Shown here piece after piece: positions 58,901 through 64,000 of a stretch of DNA of 64,000 nt (the stretch's first letter is position 1; each line of letters starts with the position of its first letter). The stretch lies in NCBI GenBank assembly GCA_964478715.1, contig CAYZIY010000003.1, positions 6,669 through 70,668 of the forward strand. Reading direction: 5' to 3'. The position numbers and the translations under genes were made by a program. Below the pieces are notes generated by a model. It saw only the letters and a program-made list of their open reading frames with translations. It did no database searches and was not told where the DNA came from. The DNA is from an uncultured Planctomycetales bacterium. GTDB taxonomy: Bacteria; Omnitrophota; Gorgyraeia; Zapsychrales; JBDRMG01.

Positions 58901-61900
58901 ATGATGACGGAATTCTTCTTAGCATGAGCGGCTTGGACGATGCTTCCTTTGTTGATTACGGCGATGGCTCAGGAACCTTTAGCTGGAGTCCAGATTTTAC
59001 TCAATCAGGTAATTATCAGGCGGTCTTTACAGCCCAGGACGATGGGGGTTTGAGTGATCAGGTTCAGGTTAGCATTCAGGTTGTTAATGTCAACCAGCCC
59101 CCAATCCTTGATCCTGTTGGCGATCAATCCGTGAATGAAGGCCAATTTCTCGACATCACTCTCAGCGCTATTGATCCTGACGGAGAAACACTGATTTACT
59201 CGGCTGCTGATCTTCCGCAAGGCGCCGCACTAATCGAGAATCAATTAACCTGGACGCCTACGTATGATCAATCCGGTTCTTATCCGGTCACCTTAAGAGT
59301 TGAAGACTTAGGGGGTCTGATTGATTCTGAGACAATAACGATTACCGTTGATCACATCAACAGAGCTCCTATTCTTGATCCCATCGGTAACCATCAGGTG
59401 GCTGAAGGCAATACAATATCGATTACGTTGAGTGCTTTTGATCCAGATGGAGATCTTTTAAACTATCATGTACGCAATGAGCCTCAAGGGGCAAGTCTGA
59501 TAGGTCACGTCTTTAGCTGGACGCCTGGTTACTCAGATGCCGGAAATTATGAAGTGACTTTTAGTGTAGATGATGGACAGCTGAATGATATTGAGGAAAT
59601 TATTATTAGCGTTGGAAATATAAATCGGCCTCCGGAATTTGATATCATCAGCCCTCAGGTCGTGGATGAAAATCAGATCTTGTTGTTCATGCTGAGCGCT
59701 TCAGATCCCGATGGCGACAATTTGATTTACAATTCCATCGGCTTACCGATAGGTTCTTCTTTTGATTCAGCAACCAAAGAATTTACATGGACGCCCGATT
59801 ATGATCAGGCAGGTACTCATGTTGCAGAATTCAGTGTGACCGATGGAGATCTTAGCGATACTCTCACCGTCGAGATTGCTGTAATGGATGTCAACAGGAC
59901 ACCAACCCTCGAACCTTTGCAGGCAGAATATAGCGTTAATGAAAACGAAGTCTTCATCATTTCCTTGGATGCCTCTGATCCTGATCAGGATGCTTTAAGC
60001 TTGACCATGCAGCCGGCTTTAGAGGGCGCTAGAATTGATAATCAAATACTAAGTTGGCTGCCGAGCTTTGAGCAAGCCGGCGTTTATGAAGTGACCTTTA
60101 CGGTGAGTGATGGAGATCTTTCTGACCAGCAAACGACAACGCTCATTGTTAACAATATCAACCGGGCTCCGGTCTTTGAACCCATCGGTAACCAGGAAGT
60201 TGAGGAAGGAGAGAGCCTTTCCATAATTCTCAACGCTTCTGACCCCGATGGAGACGATTTGACATTTACTTCATCTGATTTACCGGACGGTTCTTCGATT
60301 GGCGGAGAAAACGGAAATATCTTTCTCTGGTCTCCCACGCATACCCAGTCAGGAGTTTATGAGGTGACCATAACGGTTACCGATTCACAACTCACTGGTT
60401 CACAGATGAGTGAGATAACTGTTGTAAATATCAATCGGGCACCTGTTCTTGATCCTATCGAAAATCAATCGATTCAGGAAGGGGAAACGCTGGAAATCCA
60501 GCTTTCAGGAACGGATCCCGACGGAGATGCACTGACATACTCAGCTTCCAATCTTCCCGAAGGCGCTAATTTCTCAAGCGCAAGCGGACTTTTTCAATGG
60601 ACACCAACATTTGATCAAAACGGAACTTACATACTTATTTTTGTTGTCAGTGATGGTGAATTAACTGATTCTCAAGAGGCAACGTTGACAGTGATTAATA
60701 ATAACCGGATACCTTCTTTAGATCCTATCGGGCCCAAAGAAGTCCATGAAAACTCAAATCTCACCTTTCAGATCAATGGATCAGATCCTGATGGGGATAG
60801 CTTGCAGTTTACAGCCAAGCAACTTCCTGAAGGAGCGAACTTCACAAATCAGATATTCAGCTGGACTCCAAATTATGATCAGGAAGGGGAATACTTTGTC
60901 ACCTTTACAGTAGATGATGGACAGCTCTCTGATTCTGAAGAAATCTTTATCACTGTCTATGGATCCAACAGAGCTCCTGTCTTGGATCCAATTGGAGATA
61001 GAACGGTTGACGAGGGAGATCTTTTAACTTTTACAGTCACAGCCACTGATCCTGACGGTCATCCTTTAACGTACTCAGCTTCTAATCTTCCAGAAGGCGC
61101 TACCTTTGCAAATCAAGCTTTCAGCTGGACTCCTGACTTTGGTCAATCTGGAAGTTATGAGGTCACTTTCACCGTGATGGATACTAGTGAGCTTCTCATT
61201 CTGGATGATTCAGAGACAATCACGATTACAGTCAATGATGTGAATCGGGCACCTGTGCTGGATCCCATAGGAAATCAATCGATTCAGGAAGGGGAAACGC
61301 TGGAAATCCAGCTTTCGGGAACGGATCCCGACGGAGATGTATTGACATACTCGGCTTTAGGTCTTCCTGAAGGCGCTGACTTCTTTGAAGACTTAGGGCT
61401 GTTTACTTGGACACCAACCTTCGGAGAGCAAGGAATCTACACTTTATCTTTTATTCTCAGCGACGGTTCTTTGACTGACGAAGAGTCTATTTCTATTTCT
61501 GTTGGCAATGTGAATCAACCACCTGTTTTAGACCCTATTGATGATCAGGCAGTTTTAGAGGGAGAACAGATCAGCATCCAGCTTGCCGCCAGCGATCCGG
61601 ATGGACAGACATTAATCTATTTCGCAGAAAATCTTCCTCAGGGAGCTGATCTTTTATCGGAGAATGGTTTGTTTGAATGGATTCCCGGATTTGATCAGTC
61701 GGGTGAGTATATTGTTACCTTGGGCGTGACAGACGGAGTATTAGAAGATACACAGGATGTCATTTTGACGATCACCAATGTCAATCGCGCGCCTCAAATC
61801 AGCCCTGTTGAACAACAGGAAGTTCATGAGAATCAAAATCTAAGCTTCTCTATTACTGCGGATGATCCCGACGGGGATATCATAACCTATTCGGCTCAGG

Positions 61901-64000
61901 GATTACCCAGCGGAGCTCAGTTTACGGATCAAACTTTCAATTGGACCCCTGATTATGAGCAGAAAGGAACCTATCAGGTAGGTTTTACGGCCAGTGATGG
62001 TGAGCTGTCAGGTTCAATGACCGTTACGATAATTGTCTATGGAACCAATCGGCCGCCGGTTTTAAGTCCGATCCACGATCAAATCATTGAGGAGGCCGAT
62101 TTATTATCCTTCGATGTTATAGGCAGTGATCCCGATGGAAATTCTCTTAGTTACAGAGCTTCGGGTTTGCCTCAAGGGGCCATCTTTGAAAACCAGGTCT
62201 TCAGCTGGATTCCGACATATGATCAAGCTGGAAGCTATGAGGTTACCTTTACGGTTATGGATACCAGTGAATTAATGGTTCTGGAAGACAGCGAGACGAT
62301 CACTATCACCGTTGTCAATGTCAATCGAGCACCGGTTTTGGAGTCAATCCCTAATCAGGAAATAGAAGAAGGGCAGCAGCTTACTTTTAGTATCGCGGCC
62401 ACAGATCCTGATGATGATTCCTTAACATTCACTGCTGGAGATTTACCGCAGGGTGCTCAGTTTGAAAATCAAATCTTCAGTTGGATTCCCGCAAATGAGC
62501 AAGTCGGAGTCCATGAGGTTACTTTTAATGTCAGCGATGGAGCATTGTCTGATTCCCAAACAATTTCGATTGTCGTTACAGAAATTGTCATACCACCGGA
62601 AAATCATCCGCCGGTTCTTGATCCTATCGGGAATAAGGAGATGGACGAAGGCCAGCAATTGAGTTTTGTTGTCACCGCTTCTGATCCTGATGGAGATCAG
62701 CTGATGATTTCTGCTTCTCATATTCCCTTCGGCGCACAATTTAACGAACAATCCGGTCTATTTGAATGGACACCCTCTTATGAGCAGGCCGGAGAATATC
62801 AAATAACTTTTATAGTATCGGACGGTCAGTTGCGCGATTCAGAAGCCATCACAATTAATGTAAGAGACGTGAATCTTGCACCGATTTTGGAACCCATTGG
62901 TGACAAAAGAGTTGAAATCAGAACAGAACTCAGCTTTCAAGTAATGGGTTTAGATCCAGACAATGATTCGCTATCCTATTCTGTCAATGGTTTGCCGCAG
63001 GGAGCCAAATTCAAAAATCAATTATTCCGCTGGAAACCATCCAAAGAACAGGTAGGCCAGTATCAACTGGAATTCTTTGTCAGCGATGGCCAGTTGCGGG
63101 ACAGCGAGATGATTCAAATTAATGTGTATGAAACCAATACTGATCCTAGCGAAAATCAGCCGCCTATTTTAGATGCCATTGGCAATAAAACTGTCGCGGC
63201 CGAAGATTTGCTCAGGTTTCGTATTAAATCGATAGATCCCGACGGAGATCTCTTGATTCTGGTCGTTCGCGATTTGCCTGCTGGTGCGTCAATGGATGAT
63301 GATCTCTTTCAATGGAGACCCACAGACGATCAAGTCGGACAATATTTCGTCACATTTATTGTCACCGAAGGGGTTTATGACGAATCGGGGGTGCTGATTG
63401 CCGCTGATGGTGCTTATAGTGATCAGGAGACTGTTAAGATCAAGGTCTTTAAAGGGGAGCAACCGCAGCCGCGTTCAACGGAGAACGAAACACAGATACT
63501 GGAAGGTGAATCAGGCCAGGATTCGGCAAATGGGACGGATGGTGATGATCTGTCTCAAACGTCATCCTATTATGGGGGTTTAGCGTATATAGTTTCCGAT
63601 GACAATGAAAAACAAGAGATGACCCTCCAGCAATCAGACAAAACAGCAAAGGGAAATTCTGCAAAAAGCAAAACTAGAAAGAATAACAGAGCGCCTGTCA
63701 TTTTGACCAATGATCAAACAGAACTGGAAGAGGGAACACAAGCAGTCATTCAGGTTTTTGCCAGCGATCCTGACCAGGATTCTTTGGTTCTTTCAACAGA
63801 AGAACTGCCCTTGGGAGCCGTATTTGTGGATCGGGGCGATGGCATCGGAGAGATTGTTTGGAATCCTTATGATGATCAGGTGGGTGAGCATACAATCAAT
63901 GTGATTGTGACAGACGGCCAGGTTCAGGACACAAAAAGCATCAATTTTATGATCAATAAGGCCAGTGATGCCCCAGATGAAGGGAATTTGCCTGAGGAAT
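52984..64000 (+). CDS. Giant secreted multidomain surface protein (>=3672 aa, 3'-truncated): beta-helix, carboxypeptidase-regulatory-like, putative glycoside hydrolase (GHL15-like), FN3, second beta-helix, 23 Ig/cadherin-like (He_PIG-like) repeats
   Basis: GGGAGG RBS, ATG 52984, signal peptide MKKTFPYLLAFLMALWSPAKG. No stop seen in frame +1 in the segments I translated, and the track lists no long + ORF here, as expected if the frame stays open to 64000. Repeat consensus NxxPxLxPIG...DPDGDxL...LPxGA...FxWTPxxDQxGxYxVTFxVSDG. Confidence 0.93.
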   Translation, partial: MKKTFPYLLAFLMALWSPAKGFSLEITHVSGCAEVDTDYQCVEIASCQDLTQSNTYYLLADDIVTGGTCFTNHVSNIHLDLNSYTVSYAQTEPGHAFYEQWSNRDNVTIENGFMIGGYQNNSHALYWVTDGSDNLVIRNLSLSVAGVETSGIKIGTGNNLEIHHVNIEMDSDKADPCSHYGEPIAGISLAHRGGDIDIHHNFVTGTGMTGIVTSSCGTYTEPLEIHNNYISTWSPVRDGYAIGISGTNNSCSDGTLIYDNTINQQNGRGIIVDGWTGNESYGPGNIEMYGNHITVKEGWDCEYDRPGTAAGIRLRFGAHDVYAHDNEIYGLAGTGVAVGSEPGKDGATAIGIYSGSSLPYGLNNRFENNYVEVSTNDARYPAIGLYVAGGDQNTSAAFSQFLNNTIVSNNKPIRIGYSDGGGSQADFDSNTIVRGDNPLDFHTYTVGYWIFGAHHIDFLDSIVEGGASAQDIVFDSACEGSCANYENITLSWTLNLQVENSGANRIEGASVQITDSDNQIVAQGQTDAQGLFSQTLVEKSFEGILQPDEFIHTPHEIQIEKAGYQTYSDSLVMDSTKTVIVNLQEGSSNQAPILEPLTEWSVFTGESIEILVSAIDPDNDPIELSASTLPSGAQFLDYANGTGIFSWIPSVDGLYSISFTASDGYLSDIETLQIAVLAGAPEGNQAPVLSEISDQTGYPFELLTFEVTATDSDDDLLTYWAENLPNGADFMDQTFIWFPDDTQLGTHTITFFVSDGEYTDSQDVTVTIQDSAGCVYPQTYPHPDGSCRVLPHINVAGVSYSNPDTDQEYDWRVEHYDLLLFTFGSYVLDEFIGVKERSPGLVSLRYDNMHSHIMYHDRKMNALDDWIENHPEYGVFEDYFLHYKYDCIQAGIERKGWNPDEDLNVNHIRDGYEANPQTDPIDPNRSADFKHESRIMTRYNRTDRVFANVGHAGYQAFNAQFSYDEVHTADVPSIGYDFDGMFVDNTNTYAFMWDSVPDNEVLEYPDDPQREEDWHEDMVETFAAVKAQLADKKLYINTIYFHLPQYFPVTDGDFKEYVIHGRSSMGGGEPYYMHLARLATEAEQYSVLTVANYTDESGNPLYTFSEDRYKIFTLAQYYLLHSPYTYFNYQVGNTSWNHDLHAQWFEAMGYNIGIPIGDEYIYATDNQPNGQAAVYAREFTNGLVLAKFKPNWVNDFDQPSTHDLGGSYKLLGVDGSLGPVINQITLRNSQAAILIPASSGGENYPPVLQPIGNREVLEGATLNFSVSASDPNGDVLTYTAENIPAGSNFSNQTFTWTPGYDQAGTYSVNFIVSDGELSDSEQIQIAVVDNDPDTQAPSIPQNFTAQALSGVQVQLTWEVSTDNVGVTGYHIYRDGAEVATTTTTSYLDSSLEQLTRYSYEISAYDASGNESALSDAVDVTTPGTTTVEVIGLVREDCSGYSNCYSSLTQWESSYGGVDFGSCPHGDLVCADAVAIAQIDGIWNSPETGRVVIDGWTTDEDHYIKIFTAPEARHDGKWNESKYRLEGSHLWTPILQVSEDYVVIDGLQIFNSATQNQPVGVVIDNRSTLGGDVRIKNNIIRFPKEVLPYQAGITLRIDPQTTVKVLNNIIINPYDGISAAPWSGDKGTYVIYNNTLVDPKRYGIQCAFEGSGQGALLLKNNLVQGINTNYDIYGSSNLNLFEHAANISEDASSPDDALRNKQALFVEEALDDFHLSESDITAKDMGVDLSNNSYAPFDNDIDGENRASLWDIGADEYVSSAVNHPPVLETIDPQEGFIGDPIIFEATATDPDGDVLNYSATGLPAGAIFENQVFSWTPDETQEGQHQITVTVDDGDLDDSQVVSITVVGINDPPILEPIGNKIVNEGEELSFTINAMDPDEDGILLTISTEIPDVVLTDNGNGTADFSWIPGYDQAGSYQATFNAQDEGGLTDQETITIEVYGTNRPPEIDQISDQTINEGEELIFDVMAIDPDDDGILLSMSGLDDASFVDYGDGSGTFSWSPDFTQSGNYQAVFTAQDDGGLSDQVQVSIQVVNVNQPPILDPVGDQSVNEGQFLDITLSAIDPDGETLIYSAADLPQGAALIENQLTWTPTYDQSGSYPVTLRVEDLGGLIDSETITITVDHINRAPILDPIGNHQVAEGNTISITLSAFDPDGDLLNYHVRNEPQGASLIGHVFSWTPGYSDAGNYEVTFSVDDGQLNDIEEIIISVGNINRPPEFDIISPQVVDENQILLFMLSASDPDGDNLIYNSIGLPIGSSFDSATKEFTWTPDYDQAGTHVAEFSVTDGDLSDTLTVEIAVMDVNRTPTLEPLQAEYSVNENEVFIISLDASDPDQDALSLTMQPALEGARIDNQILSWLPSFEQAGVYEVTFTVSDGDLSDQQTTTLIVNNINRAPVFEPIGNQEVEEGESLSIILNASDPDGDDLTFTSSDLPDGSSIGGENGNIFLWSPTHTQSGVYEVTITVTDSQLTGSQMSEITVVNINRAPVLDPIENQSIQEGETLEIQLSGTDPDGDALTYSASNLPEGANFSSASGLFQWTPTFDQNGTYILIFVVSDGELTDSQEATLTVINNNRIPSLDPIGPKEVHENSNLTFQINGSDPDGDSLQFTAKQLPEGANFTNQIFSWTPNYDQEGEYFVTFTVDDGQLSDSEEIFITVYGSNRAPVLDPIGDRTVDEGDLLTFTVTATDPDGHPLTYSASNLPEGATFANQAFSWTPDFGQSGSYEVTFTVMDTSELLILDDSETITITVNDVNRAPVLDPIGNQSIQEGETLEIQLSGTDPDGDVLTYSALGLPEGADFFEDLGLFTWTPTFGEQGIYTLSFILSDGSLTDEESISISVGNVNQPPVLDPIDDQAVLEGEQISIQLAASDPDGQTLIYFAENLPQGADLLSENGLFEWIPGFDQSGEYIVTLGVTDGVLEDTQDVILTITNVNRAPQISPVEQQEVHENQNLSFSITADDPDGDIITYSAQGLPSGAQFTDQTFNWTPDYEQKGTYQVGFTASDGELSGSMTVTIIVYGTNRPPVLSPIHDQIIEEADLLSFDVIGSDPDGNSLSYRASGLPQGAIFENQVFSWIPTYDQAGSYEVTFTVMDTSELMVLEDSETITITVVNVNRAPVLESIPNQEIEEGQQLTFSIAATDPDDDSLTFTAGDLPQGAQFENQIFSWIPANEQVGVHEVTFNVSDGALSDSQTISIVVTEIVIPPENHPPVLDPIGNKEMDEGQQLSFVVTASDPDGDQLMISASHIPFGAQFNEQSGLFEWTPSYEQAGEYQITFIVSDGQLRDSEAITINVRDVNLAPILEPIGDKRVEIRTELSFQVMGLDPDNDSLSYSVNGLPQGAKFKNQLFRWKPSKEQVGQYQLEFFVSDGQLRDSEMIQINVYETNTDPSENQPPILDAIGNKTVAAEDLLRFRIKSIDPDGDLLILVVRDLPAGASMDDDLFQWRPTDDQVGQYFVTFIVTEGVYDESGVLIAADGAYSDQETVKIKVFKGEQPQPRSTENETQILEGESGQDSANGTDGDDLSQTSSYYGGLAYIVSDDNEKQEMTLQQSDKTAKGNSAKSKTRKNNRAPVILTNDQTELEEGTQAVIQVFASDPDQDSLVLSTEELPLGAVFVDRGDGIGEIVWNPYDDQVGEHTINVIVTDGQVQDTKSINFMINKASDAPDEGNLPEE
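58267..63450 (+). repeat. Tandem array of 19 ~270-nt Ig/cadherin-like coding repeats
   Basis: NxxP starts near 58267, 58531, 58813, 59092, 59359, 59623, 59893, 60160, 60433, 60703, 60967, 61243, 61513, 61783, 62047, 62323, 62602, 62872, 63154; four more units near 54748, 55033, 56710, 63685. Confidence 0.9.

Noticed and set aside
58267-63450. Regular repeats as possible CRISPR or DGR template/variable repeats
   Set aside because: Units are ~270-nt in-frame protein repeats with no constant repeat/unique spacer pattern, no adenine-specific mismatch pattern noticed, and no cas or RT gene
53050-63904. Many short ORFs on both strands in the track
   Set aside because: All are shadows of the single long frame +1 ORF starting at 52984

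Overview
Gene-dense, mostly + strand bacterial chromosome segment. Gene content and style suggest a diderm environmental lineage such as Ca. Omnitrophota (inference, not verified). 1-19.4 kb is a phosphate/polyphosphate super-cluster: ppx-like, ppk1, CHAD, metallophosphoesterase, HD; a convergent ROK + guanylate-kinase-like pair; Na/Pi cotransporter, phoB-phoR; then a Pho-box-led operon of small ORF, porin, pstSCAB and an ArsC-PhoU fusion. 19.6-52.4 kb holds housekeeping and envelope genes (trxA, panD, def, lipA, mlaEFD-like, mscS, greA, rlmB, miaA, hflX). It also holds two TMTC-like GT-C/TPR proteins, another GT-C-like protein, sugar-modifying enzymes, a PAS hybrid kinase + Hpt, and a compact ydbH-ynbE-ydbL-like trio. 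From 52984 to the window end runs one uninterrupted giant ORF (>=3672 codons) that the ORF track misses because it has no stop here. It encodes a secreted protein with two beta-helix domains, a putative glycoside hydrolase domain, FN3 and 23 Ca-binding Ig/cadherin-like repeats. Its leader has a c-di-GMP-I (GEMM-I) riboswitch split by a 55-nt structured insertion, an intrinsic terminator, and a 65-aa leader ORF containing a second terminator. No tRNA, rRNA, CRISPR array or transposase was seen.
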